Source: Octopus sinensis (Eukaryota). From it: a stretch of DNA of 64,000 nt. A program made the translations under genes and the position numbers. The stretch is from the NCBI RefSeq assembly GCF_006345805.1, contig NC_043016.1, forward strand, positions 16,864,001 through 16,928,000. The letters are read 5' to 3'. The notes under the pieces were generated by a model that saw only the letters and a program-made list of their open reading frames with translations, was not told the DNA's origin and did no database searches. Of this stretch, positions 50,631-62,367 are shown one piece after another; within the stretch, counting starts at the first letter, position 1, and every line of letters begins with the position of its first letter.

Positions 50631-53254
50631 CATCATCATCATCATCATCATTTAGCATCCGCTTTCCATGCTAGCATGGGTTCAACTGGGGTCTGGGAAG
50701 CCAGAAGGCTGCATCAGGCCCAGTCTGATCTGGCAATGTTTCTACGGCTGGATGCCCTTCCTAACGCCAACCACTCCGTGAGTGTAGTGGGTGCTTTTTA
50801 CTTGCCACCGGCACAGATGCCAGACGAGGCTGGCAAACGGCCACGATCGGATGGTGCTTTTTACGTGCCACCAGCACGAGGCCAGTTGGGGCAGTTGCGT
50901 GACACCGGTATCAGCCATGACTGTGATTTTGTTTGGCTTGATGGGTCTTCTTCTCAAGCATGACATGATGCCACCAGCACGAGGCCAGTCAGATGGTTCT
51001 CTTATGTGCCACCGGCACTGGTATCACAATTGCAATTTCCATTGATTTTTGATCGATTTCGATTCTCACTTGCCTCAACAGGTCTTCACAATTAGAGTTT
51101 TGTGTCCCCAGAAGGAAAGGTATGCATAAGTGGACTGGCACAACCCGGGTTATGGTCTCACTTGTCCTGCCGGGTCTTCTCACGCACAGCACACTTCCAA
51201 AGGTCTCGGTCTCTAGTCATTTCCTTGGTGAGACCTAAAGTTCGAAGGTCGTGCTTCACCACCTCATCCCAGGTCTTCCTGGGTCTACCTCTTCCACAGG
51301 TTCCCTCAACCGCTAGGGTGTGGCACTTTTTCACACAACTATCTTCATCCATTCTCACCACGTGTCCATACCAGCGTAGACGTCTCTCTCTTGCACACCA
51401 CAACTGACATTATACATCCATTGGAGCATACTGGCTTCATTTCTTGCGAGCTTACGCATATCCTCAGCAGTCATGGCCCATGTTTCACTGCCATGTAGCA
51501 TGGCTGTTCGTACACATGCATCATACAGTCTGCCTTTTACTCTGTGCGAGAGGCCTTTTGTCACCAGCAGAGGTAAGAGCTCTCTGAACTTTGCCCAAGC
51601 TATTCTTACTCTAGCAGTTACACTTTCAGCACACCCGCACCTGCTACTGACTTGGTCACCTAGGTAACAGAAGCTATCAACTATTTCTAGTTTTTCTCCC
51701 TGGAATGTGGCAGAAGTTGGTCTCAGAGCATTTTCAGTGTTTATTGCTCCTGAGCATCTGCCACATACAAAAACTATCTTCCTAGTTAGCCTTCCTTTGA
51801 CATTGCTGCACCTCTTATGTGTCCATAGCTTACACTTGATGCATCTTATAGAGTTTCTACCTACACCTTTTCTACAGATCGAGCAGGGCCATCTACCTGA
51901 AAGCGTTTGTGATTTGTCTACCTTCCTACTTATTTGGACTTTGGTTTTAGCTAGGTTGACTCTAAGGCCCTTCGATTCTAATCCTTGCTTCCACACCTGA
52001 AACTTCTCCTCCAGTTCTGATAGTGACTCAGCAGTTAGAGCAAGGTCATCAGCATAGAGGAGCTCCCAGGGGCATCCTGTCTTGAATTCCTCTGTTATTG
52101 TCTGGAGGACTATGATAAATAGGAGGGGACTGAGGACTGAGCCTTGGTGGACCCCTACCTCTACCCGGAATTCTTCACTGTACTCATTGCCACCCTCACC
52201 TTACTAGCGGCGTCCCTGTACATGGCTCGCACAGCTCTCACTAACCATTCATCTATCCCTAGTTTCCTCATTGACCACCAGATAAGGGATCAGGGGACCC
52301 TGTCAAAGGCTTTCTCCATGTCAACAAAAGCCAGGTACAGGGGCTTATCTTTGGCTAGGTATTTCTCCTGCAGCTGCCTTACCAGGAATATAGCATCAGT
52401 GGTACTTTTCTCTGGCATAAACCCAAACTGCATCTCATCTAAACTAACTCTCTCTCTAATTAGTTGGGCTATGACCCTCTCCGTAACCTTCATTACCTGA
52501 TCCAACAGCTTGATACCTCTGTAATTATTTGTATCTAGGGTATCACCTTTACCTTTGTAGCAGTTGACTATTATGCTGCTACACCAGTCATTGGGTATGA
52601 CTCCTTCATGTATCACCTGATTAACTATACAGGTGACTAGGCTATAGCCGACACTACCAGATATTTTGAGCATCTCTGCAGTGATTCCTGATGGGCCTGG
52701 GGCCTTCCCTGTCTTCATGCTTCTAATTGCCTTAAGTACCAAGGAACTATCAACTCGGATAGCTGGTCCCTCAGTTGGGTCAACATTCGGCAGACTCTCT
52801 TTATCCCATTCATTTTCCTTATTCAGCAGCCTTTCATAATGGTGTCTCCAAACCTCTCTCTTTGCAGCCTCATTTAGCGCAAGTGAACCATCATCCATGC
52901 GAACACATTTCTCTCCTACCACATCACGATTCTCTCTCACACACTGTCTTGCAACACGAAACACCTCAACTCTTTGGTCCTCACGGCGCAGAACATTGGC
53001 AAATTTTTTCTTATCCGCTTCCCCTCTGACTAAATAGACCTGTCTCCTAGCTTCCCCTTTGGCAGTCTGATACAATTCCCTGCTACCACCGTTCTTCCAG
53101 TCCTTCTAAGCCTGTCTCTTTTCTCTAATAGCCCTGTCTACAACATTGTTCCACCACCACGTTATTTGGGGTCGAGAGGGGACTTTGCACCAGCCACAGA
53201 TCTGGTCAGTGGCTTTCAGCAGGTTGTCCCTTAGAAACGTCCAGTTGTCTTCTA

Positions 53255-53256
<2 letters not shown>
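50631..53256 (-). mobile_element. RTE-clade LINE, ~2.6 kb, 5'-truncated, relatively young
   Basis: ORFs 52290-53075 (GKAPGPSGI..YRGIKLL..QFGF..FVDMEKAFDRVP), HQGSVLSPLLF, LLYADDL (~52045), 51355-51996, RLRWYGHV; 3' UTR and (GAT)n tail. Confidence 0.95.
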
Positions 53257-53319
<63 letters not shown>

Positions 53320-53321
<2 letters not shown>

Positions 53322-53439
53322 TTATTTTATAGAAGGACTAGAACTGTTTCATTCAAATGAAATCATCAGGAAGCTTCCTGATGATTTCATTTGAATGAAA
53401 CAGTTCTAGTCCTGTAGAAGCTCCTTCTATAAAATAAAT
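53320..53439. repeat. Fold-back palindrome, perfect 40-bp arms with no spacer (53334-53413), extended past a 12-nt deletion
   Basis: Centre AAG|CTT at 53373/53374. Confidence 0.95.
53369..53424 (+). ncRNA. Type I hammerhead ribozyme candidate
   Basis: Stem I GG(A)AGCTTC/GAAGCTCC; CTGATGA 53378-84; weak stem II TTC/GAA with U-U closing; GAAA 53397-400; stem III CAG-ttctagtc-CTG; GUA ending at 53416. Confidence 0.72.
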
Positions 53440-53484
53440 TAATTTACTCTGCCATGTATTGAGTACCTTATTTACTGTGGGACC

Positions 53485-53532
<48 letters not shown>

Positions 53533-53534
<2 letters not shown>

Positions 53535-53845
53535 GTAGTTAGAGTGTCAAGCTTATTATCATGAGGTTGTGAGTTCGAATCCCGGACCAGGTTGATTGTG
53601 TTGTGTTCTTGAGCAAGACACTTTATTTAACGTTGCTCCAGTTCACTCAGCTGTAGAAATGAGTTGTGACATTACTGGTGCCAAGCTGTATCAGCCCCTT
53701 TCCCTTTCCCTTGGATAACATTGGTAGCATGGAGAAGGGAAGCTGGTATGCATGAGTGACTGCTGGCGTTCCATAAACAACCTTTCCCAGACTTGTGCCT
53801 CGAAAGGGAACTTTCTAGGTCATTTGTGACCAAAGGGGGGTCTCA
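53533..53845 (+). mobile_element. Second tRNA-derived SINE family (CORE/Meta-like central domain)
   Basis: B-box GAGTTCGAATCCC at 53571-83, then ttcttgagcaagacacttt..ccagttcactcagctgtagaaatgag. Superfamily assignment is from memory and uncertain. Confidence 0.7.
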
Positions 53846-53894
53846 GCATATATATATATATATATATATTGTTATGGCAAACTTTCTGGATACG

Positions 53895-53947
<53 letters not shown>

Positions 53948-54343
53948 CATACATAGACTGTATCTGAAAAGTTTGCTGTAAACAATTTTGTTACACAAAA
54001 AAATATTGTCAAATGAATAAAGAAACTTTAAATGCTTTATCCCTTCTTAGTGGTTGAAACAATTCATCTTTTGTCTTGTGGCAAAATTTCCTTTGCAACA
54101 AACTTTTCTAAGGCCAAAAATCCTGAAGTGGATTTTCCTGTGGCAAAAATGTTTGTGGTAAATTTTCCTAGAATCAGGCCTATCATTGTTTTTCTCCTGA
54201 ATTATTTTGTTTGCCTGCAGTGAACAAATAGGATATTAGAAGGACAGGCCTATTATTGTTATTTTCCTGAATTATTTTTTGCTTCTGTCAGTTAGTTTTC
54301 ATGTAATGAACAAATATGGTAGTTGAGAGATAAGCCTATTATT

Positions 54344-54457
54344 CTTTTCTACTCTAATCACAAGGCCTGAAATTTTTGGGGGAGGGGCCAGTTGATTAGA
54401 TTGACCCCAGTATGCAACTAGTACTTAATTTATTGATGGAAGTCGACCTTGACAGAA
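54344..54457 (-). mobile_element. SINE 3' fragment with a 15-bp TSD
   Basis: Flanked by gataagcctattatt (54329-43) and gataggcctattatt (54458-72). Confidence 0.75.
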
Positions 54458-54947
54458 GATAGGCCTATTATTGTTATTCTCCTGAACATTTTTGTAATTC
54501 TATCCGTTAGTTTTCCTGTAATGAACAAATATGGTAGTTGAAAGGAAATAGGCCTATTATTGTTTTTCTGTGATTCTGTCCATTAGGTTGTCTGCAATCA
54601 TTACACTTGGGCTGTATATGCAACTATTTAATTTTTTGCTGGAGAGTAAAGTTAGACACAGGGTCCTAGGAGTGAGGGGGATTAATGAAGGTAATGTTAT
54701 CTACAGAGTCAGTTTTTTTCTGTTTTTGCCTTTCAAATATCTATGTACAGACTTTGCAGAGGCTTACTGGCTTGTAAGGTGATTCACTTTGGATAAGGCT
54801 ATCTCAATGCAAAACCTACAGCTTGCTGCTCACCATAGCAACCTTAGCTTGCTGAACAGGTAGGGATCCATGTGTAAGGGATGGAATCATATTGCTCAGA
54901 TTCACTCTTACATTAAACCCCTAGTATGGACAAGCAAGAATAAAATC

Positions 54948-55300
54948 CTTGGATGGATGTTAGGCATACGTCATTCACATAAGTTGGAATTTGTCTGTTT
55001 TGATAGGGATTTTAAACTTTTTTTTCATGGTGTCCTTGGAAATGATGGAAAATTGTTTGATAAATGATGAATTTTTATCTCCCCCACTCCCACTCCACTT
55101 TCAGACCGATTTTGGTAAATTTTGTGGGCATTATGCACTTAAAAATGAGGCGAGAAACCTCTACATTAAAGAAAAAGAAAGAAGTTTTTGCTAAATAGAT
55201 ATCCCCCTCATAACTTCAAAGGAAACCATGAAAATAAAATCCCCATCAAAACTGAGAAATTCCAACTTAAGTGGGTGACCTATCCCTGATGTCTGCCAAG
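54948..55300. mobile_element. MITE, ~350 bp, with ~95-bp imperfect TIRs
   Basis: aagttggaatttgtctgttttgatagggatttt is an imperfect inverse of aaaatccccatcaaaactgagaaattccaactt. Confidence 0.7.
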
Positions 55301-55708
55301 CCCTACAGATCACGACCATAACTCCACATGTAAGGATGCTGTTATTCTTTGTGATCTTTCAATATAAAGATCTGCATATTATAATCTGAACAAGGATGAA
55401 ACAGTATCAGTTTAAGAGTTGAAATACGTCTTTAATACACTCCATCCATCAAAAATTAGTTTGAAAGTAATTATTGCTCATTAGCTACAATTAATAAATA
55501 TTTGTAGATTGTAGATAACAGAATGAAAATTAAATAAGGATGCATTTGTGCGTGTGTGTGTTTTTTTATGGGTTCAAATAGTGGAACTGGTCCAAAATTG
55601 TGTGTGCATGTGTTTATGTGTGTGTGTTTATGTGTGTGTGTGTCTGTGTGTGTGTCTGTGTGTGTGTTTATGTGTGTGTGTGTGTAAATAGTAAAATAAA
55701 TAATAGGT

Positions 55709-58408
55709 AGGGCAATTTTTTTGCCTTAAAAATTTCTTGGTTTTAACCTTATTTTTAAACTTTAATTGACAGATTTTAACCTTAGTTTATTCTTATTTTT
55801 ATTAATAAATCCATGGGGCTGTGGCTGCAGACTTGTGAAGACTTGAAAGAAATGAAGCTAGTATGCTGTGCCGGATGTGCAAGAGAGAAGACTGTGCTGG
55901 TATGGTCATGTGATGTGTATGGATGGGGACAGATGTGTAAAGAAGTGCTGATCTCTAACTTTGGAGGGAACCTGTGGAAGCAATCGACCCAGGAAGACAT
56001 GGGATGAGGTGGTGAAATATGGCCTTTGGATGTTATGTCTTGTGGAGATGATGACAAGTGACCAAAACTGTTGGTGATTTACTGTGCTTGAGGAAACACA
56101 TCAAGCCAAATGAAGTTGTAGTTGTGGCTAGTGCTGGTACAAAGATACCCATGTCAGTGACACATAAAAGGCACTTGTGCTGGTGGCACATTAAAGGCAC
56201 CCATGCTGGTGACATGCTAAAGGTATGCTTTGTGGAGTGGTTGGCATTAGGAAGGGCTTCCAGCCATAGAAACCATGCCAAAACGGATTTTTGCTTGGTG
56301 CTGCTCTCCATCTTACCAATCCCATTCAAACCATCTAACCTATACCGCCATAGAAAATGGACGCTAAATGATGATGATAATGATGATGATGGTCATGATG
56401 ATAATGGTGGCAACTAACATTAGGGAGTTTGCTCTAGTTTTGATTACTTTATGACATATAAGAATTATCAATACAATTTAAAAAGATCAATATTGTGGAA
56501 ATTTATTATATGATATAATGTTTTGTATTTGTAGGTAAAAAATTCCTGTCCTTTGCAAAGATTTTTTTCAGCATCCAAAAAGCTCTCTTCTTCCAGAGCC
56601 GATGTTGCTTGGTATTGCCTCAGATCTGTATATTCCACAGGTGAAACGTTGGAGCTCAGATGGACACTCAAATTGATTTTGTCTTTATTGAGTCTAAAGT
56701 CAAAGTAATTCCTGATGCACGTAAATCTTTGTTGAATTTCAATTCTTTGAGGCTTTTGTAAGATTTGTAGATGATGAAGGCTGTTGAATCAGCTTTCAAA
56801 ATTAACTATTTCAACTGCAGATTGTTTAAACAGATTTGGGTAAGGTTAGTCCTGATCTCAAGATTTCGCACAACTTCTTTCACTCTCCACACCAAAGCAT
56901 CGTCGTCCCAAATCCTCTCAACAAATTTTTGTAACTTCTGCAAGATCCTCAGCAAAGTAATTTCAGGCATCAACCAGCTATCCCCACCTGGTCACAATTG
57001 GCTGAGTGGGGGTATCTGATTGTTTTGAATTGCTCTCAATGGTGTTTGCTTTTTAGAGTAGCAGCCTTGGGGGTGGTAACCAGACAATCGATTGGAGGAT
57101 AGAAAACCTTTATTTGTAGAGCATAATTATGCAGCAGATGAGAGAAGCAGGTTACATAGAAGAGCTTGCGGTACATAACTTACAATGTTTCTCTAGCTGC
57201 TATCATATACTGAGCAGCGTCAGACAGTAAAAGGAGAAAATCTTCAAACTTCTTAGCAATTCATGTTTGATCTGTGTGATGATTGTGGCAATTAGGACTG
57301 ATTCAAGTGGCAGACATTCTATTAAAAGCGTTTTTTAAGAATTTTTAACTGAACCAATAAATACATCAACAATTTTTTTGTTATTGATCTCATTTTCCTT
57401 CAAAATTAAAAATATGTTTTGATCAGCCAGGCAGCTCTCGCAATTTTCAGCTGTGCTTGCACTAAGCATATCAACATATTTTCGGCATGTAGATTGAGAT
57501 GGCTGTGGCTTATTGATAGAATCAAGGGACTTCTCAGACTTGGATTCGTAAGCTCAAATAAGGCAATAATGAAAAAATCTTCACAATCAACTTCAAAAAG
57601 ATTCAACAATGTTACAGTGAAAGGAAATGATTAAATTTAATTATCCTCAGATAAAAATTTACATAATAGTTAACAACAAATTTAAATGATACATAAAAAC
57701 TATATACTGAAAAATGATTGAGAAACACCCAGAATACTGTACACAGTAAGGAAAAGTACTTACTTTTGATGGTAAATTTAAAATTCCTAAATAACAGGCA
57801 CAAAACTGTAAGTAGATACACTCACTGTTGGATGGTAATAAATATTCATATTCTGAAAGAGACCTGTTTCATGTATTGGGAAAAGAAGAAGCAAATAATC
57901 AACATTAGCAGTTGGTATTGATTACCAATAGCTAATAATGGTAACTGTACCTTGAAGTTGGAAATTTATTTTATAGAAAATCTATACAGTCTTGCTAGAC
58001 TTTTGTTTCTGTTATAATGATTGGATGCACATGGGGTCAAATAATTTTCAACATTGAAGGGTAGGATAAGCCATAGGAGTGTTAAAAATAGGTCTTAAGT
58101 GGCACTTCAATACAACAAAAAACTGCTAAAAAACCAGAATATACAAAAAATTTAGGTTTAATCAATACATAAAAATATATGTCAATGAATTTATTTATTC
58201 TTTTCAGTATCTAATAAAATAGATTTTCAATTTTTTAAAACCTATTTTAACTTTATTGCATAATTTTAACTTTATTAATTTAAAAAGTGAATAATTAGGA
58301 TCATTAATCATAAAAAAAAGTTTTTATCTTCGATTTTAAGCTTGAAACCAACGTTTTTATAAATTTTAACTTTTGGCAAAAAATTGCCTTAAATAATCAG
58401 CTTTTAGT
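55709..58408 (-). mobile_element. hAT-superfamily transposon, decayed
   Basis: Minus strand gives LLSDAAQYMIAA..VTCFSHLLHN..QPIVTRWG and a C-terminal ATS..ERAFxMLKKIF..R motif (~56540-57300); subterminal aggcaattttttgcc inverted at both ends. Confidence 0.75.
55815..56410 (+). mobile_element. RTE 3' fragment nested in the hAT
   Basis: Homologous to 11330-12003; (GAT)n tail. Confidence 0.78.
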
Positions 58409-58964
58409 GTAATATTTTGGGATGGTTATACTTTTTTGCCATATAAACACATGCACTGTAAACTCATTCTTCACTTCAGATTTATTATTGTTCTTATTTT
58501 ACTGTCCTTTGTCTGAAGTCTTCTGTCACACATCCTGCGACCTCTTTAGTGGCTCTCCATCCCATGTGTATCTCCCTATTCTGTTTAGTCCATTCAGTCT
58601 TTCTATGGTGTGTATCCTTATTTGCACATCAGGATTCGACTGCATAGGGTCTCCTTGACTGAGTTGAAAAAACAGTCATAACAAGTGATGATTCATGGGT
58701 CTATGGCTATGATTGTTAAACTAAGTCTCAGTCTTTGCAGTTGAAGACCTCAACAAGATTTTAAGACATTGAGGAAATTCAAGAGAATGTGATAAGGTAG
58801 CTGCCCCCTATTTCAAAAAGAGAGTTCCAGGAATGCTTCCATCCAAGATAAAGTATGACTCCAGAAAGGGACAACTTCAAAGGAGATTGTATTCCAAAGT
58901 GATATGTATTGTAGTTTTCTTTTTATAACACCAATCCCAATACTATTTGGTCAGGCTTTGTGTG

Positions 58965-59060
58965 TGTGAAGGCACATGGCTTAGTGGTTAGTGTAATCGG
59001 CTCATGATTGTAAGGTCGTGAGTTCAATTCCTGGTGACACACTGTGTCCTTGAGTGGTTC
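58965..59060 (+). mobile_element. tRNA-derived SINE head
   Basis: tggcttagtggttag A-box and gagttcaattcc B-box. Confidence 0.65.
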
Positions 59061-59199
59061 AAAGTTCATCAAATCCATTGTGAGGTAGTTGAAGAATAGA
59101 GGATGGTTGAATCTGAAGTCTCGTAGTTAGTTATTAGCATAACTTCCAGATTTTCTTGTACTGTTGGTTTGTTCTTTGAGACCATAACCTTGTGGCCTA

Positions 59200-59772
59200 A
59201 TCCAGGAGCGTAACCAGCCCACTTATGCGTACCTTTCCTTCATTGGACATTAAACTCTGCTTGCAAAGACCTGTTGAGGCAAGTGAAAACGAAATCGAAA
59301 TTAAATTTGACGACTGGCATCTGTGCTAGTGGAATGCTAAGAGCACCATACGAGTGTGATTGTTGCCAGAGCAGCTGACTGGCTTCCATGCCAGTGGCAC
59401 ATAAAAAGAACCATTCGAGTGTGATCATTACCAGCGTCTCTTTACTGGCACTTGTGCCGGTGGCACGTGAAAATACATTCGAGGAGGTCGTTGCCAGTGC
59501 TACTGGACTGGCTCCTGTGCAGGTGGCACATAAAAAGCACCATTTGAGCATGGTCGTTGCCAGTACTGCCTGACTGGCCCTTGTGCTGGTGGCATGTAAA
59601 AGCAACCATTACACTCTCAGAGTGGTTGGCGTTAGGAAGGGCATCCAGCTGTAGAAACTCTGCCAGATCAGATTGGAGCCTGGTGCAGCCATCTGGTTCG
59701 CCAGCCCTCAGTCAAATTACCCAACCCATGCTAGCATGGAAAGCGGATGTTAAATGATGATGATGATGATGG
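59200..59772 (+). mobile_element. RTE 3' UTR with four ~60-bp internal repeats
   Basis: Homologous to the 50631-51110 UTR; (GAT)n tail. Confidence 0.82.
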
Positions 59773-60599
59773 TTACACATGCGATTGTCCTTAGCTGACC
59801 TTTAAGATTCAGCTTATACATACATTCATGTACATGCTAATGCTTGGACACACAGACACATACATATATATTTACATACACATACGCATACATATATAAA
59901 TATACACAATTATATATATATGTGTATATCTATCTATCTACACACACACACACATATATATATGTGTGTTTGTGTGTATGTGTGTGTGTGTGTATATATG
60001 TATATATATACACACACACATATATACTTATATACACACATGCACACATGTATGGATATGTATGTGCATTCCCATACTTACACATATACAAGTATACGTA
60101 CATACATACACATGCATGCATATACATACACAGATGCATGTATGTATACATGCACACACACACACACACATATGTAGATACATACATTCATGCATACTTA
60201 ACATGTGGACAGGTGTACATATGTATATACAGAAAAACAACTTGACACACGTATACATGTATAGGGAGAAGGGGAGAGGGAGGGAGTTCACTGAATTATT
60301 ATTATTATTATTTCCCTGTGTTGAATCTGGAAATGCAAATTTGGTACAGTAGCAACATCTTGGTATTTTCTTTGCATGCTTGTTTACCAAGTTTTCCTTA
60401 CTTAGCAGACTGCACAAGGCTTATGCCAGATAATATATTATATGGATGTACACTTTTTTTATTATTGACCATTCTATTTCATATTTCATTTTACCCTCTT
60501 TTAATTTCCATCTTAGGTCTGCTAGCGATGTTGTGTGTCACCAGCTTATCTTTAGGAATGAGGAGATATGGTTGCGATAACAAACGTTAAATTGGTTTT

Positions 60600-61480
60600 C
60601 GGAGGCTCCTATGTATGTGTAGAACTCAACTACCATTCTTGGACATTCTAATCAGCAAAACAGACAAAAACATTGAAACAGACATTCATTACAAACCAAC
60701 AGGCTCTAAATAATACTTGCTGTTCTCCTTAAGCCATACCAAACATACGAAGACTAATATTCCTTTTAACCTAGCAAAAAAGATCTGCAAGAAGTTGTTT
60801 CAAATGTTAAAACTCATAATAAAAGACTCCACGAATTAAACAAATGCTACCCGAAAGAAAATATCTGTCAATGTTAATTGGGAATGGACTAGAGCTTGCC
60901 AAGATATAGATATTCAAGAATTGTGAAAAAAAAGAACAAACATTTCATATACACCCAATATTCTAGCCTTTATTACAACACACATCCCCCAAAACACAGA
61001 GGTCTACAACATTATAGAGTAGAACAAACCCTGCCCCAACAGCCAAAATGTCTGGCCACCCTATTTGTGAGACTTGCATCAAACTCATTGAAGACAATAA
61101 ATATAAATTTAAATCAGGATAGATTTTTACCATAAAAAAATTATTTTACCTGTTTGTCAAAAAATGTAATACATGCCGTTAAATATAAAAGATGTAATGA
61201 GGATTACATGGGTCAAATACAAACTCATTCTCAGAAATAGACTTACTATTCATAGACAACAAATATGAGAACCGAATACTAGGCAAACACCACTTAGTGG
61301 ATGCATAGATATATGTGCAAATAATTAATCTTTCAAGTTCCAAGTCTTCCCACTTTGTCTTTGTTCAGTCAATATCACAAATCAAGCATAAATAAACAAA
61401 GAAAATATATTCATAGAAAAGTACAAACCAAAACTGAATAACTTTTTAACAAAGTGCATTCTCCGACAACTATTCACACA
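60600..61480 (+). mobile_element. Penelope-like element, RT C-terminus plus GIY-YIG (decayed)
   Basis: LDILISKTDKNIETDIHYKPT..HTKTNIPFNLAKKIC and NVIHAVK..DYMGQ..RLTIHRQQI. Confidence 0.8.
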
Positions 61481-62367
61481 CAAACTCATGTTTGTTGAAT
61501 CTATACAGCTAACAACAAACTAAACTTTGGACACAACCATGACTGCTAACTGGCAGATTATACCTGTACATAAGTGTTAAATGATTAGAAAAAAGACATT
61601 TAATAGCTAAATTTGATACATGCATACATAATTTGATACATGCATACTTACGTTGTGGTGCACCTGAGCACTGAATACAATTAATTTCATTATTATTTTT
61701 TATTATATTATAAACACAAATCGTAACTATTCAACCACTAGACTACATAGAAACAACCCATGTCCACTCTACCACTCAACAGATTATATTTAGAAAATCT
61801 TATTTTCCAACTATCAGGAGACATGTTCATTCAACCGTGCTGGCCTTGATTTTTCCATGCAAAAAATATAACCATATGGGGAAAGTACAAAAATTTCTAA
61901 GATTTTCCTCTTCTATATTTGACAGATTAAATTCAGATAGCCTTGACTGCTAGGGACTGCCATTAGGCTTGTTCACTTAATCATGACAGCTTTAACTAAT
62001 GACACCAAACATATTGTCATATGATATTTAAGAATGGATGTAGCACAGAACCTACAAAAGTTTCTAACCCTAATCACGTGATCATCCTTGACCAATCAAA
62101 ACATATCCAAAACAGATACTAATTTGAGCCATGTTCTCTCTATAAAAACAAGACAATTTTTGAATTACAATCAGAAGCATAGCTCCATGTCTTTCTATCT
62201 CAACTTTTGAAAATCAGGGAAATTTGAGAAACTAGTTAACCTTTAAAAACTTTTAGATATAAAATATAAGTGAATTCCAGTGCATTTTCAACTTGTTGAG
62301 CACAACCAACTGATGAATGGAAACAGTTTTTTGTGATGTTTTTGCAGCTTTTATAAAAAAAGTATAT

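Larger units (their letters stand above)
47831..54175 (+). mobile_element. Mutator-like element (FLYWCH plus MULE transposase remnant) with nested retroelements
   Basis: ~200-bp TIRs (47831-48030 / ~53985-54175); 9-bp TSD agacctatt / aggcctatc; FLYWCH-like SRGGVKLVD..FVY..KTYWK..CKQRVHT..GEHCH and DGTFKCSPD..YQLFTLH (~48575-48630). Confidence 0.85.
46705..54600 (+). repeat. ~86-bp minisatellite split into 46705-46864, 47763-47830 and 54176-54600 by insertions
   Basis: Unit gattctgtccattagtttgcctgcaatgaacaaatatggtagttgagagATAGGCCTATtattgttattctcctgaattatttt, same orientation in all blocks. Confidence 0.85.

Noticed and set aside
2682-53439. Apparent rule that the mirror arm is always on the left, which would suggest a directional assembly artefact
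   Set aside because: The 25798-25990 case has the mirror on the right. Orientation follows the ribozyme strand rather than the assembly strand, though n is small.
54750-54862. Possible exon between tacag and gtaggg
   Set aside because: Stops in all three frames and no other support.
1158-60417. Dozens of 60-190 aa ORFs rich in Y/I/C/V/M/H/T
   Set aside because: They are translations of TA, CA and TATG microsatellites, which lack stops in some frames; they have no protein-like composition.
62305-62335. CTGATGA-atg-GAAA-CAG hammerhead-like string
   Set aside because: No stem II and no viable stem III or cleavage triplet; probably chance.
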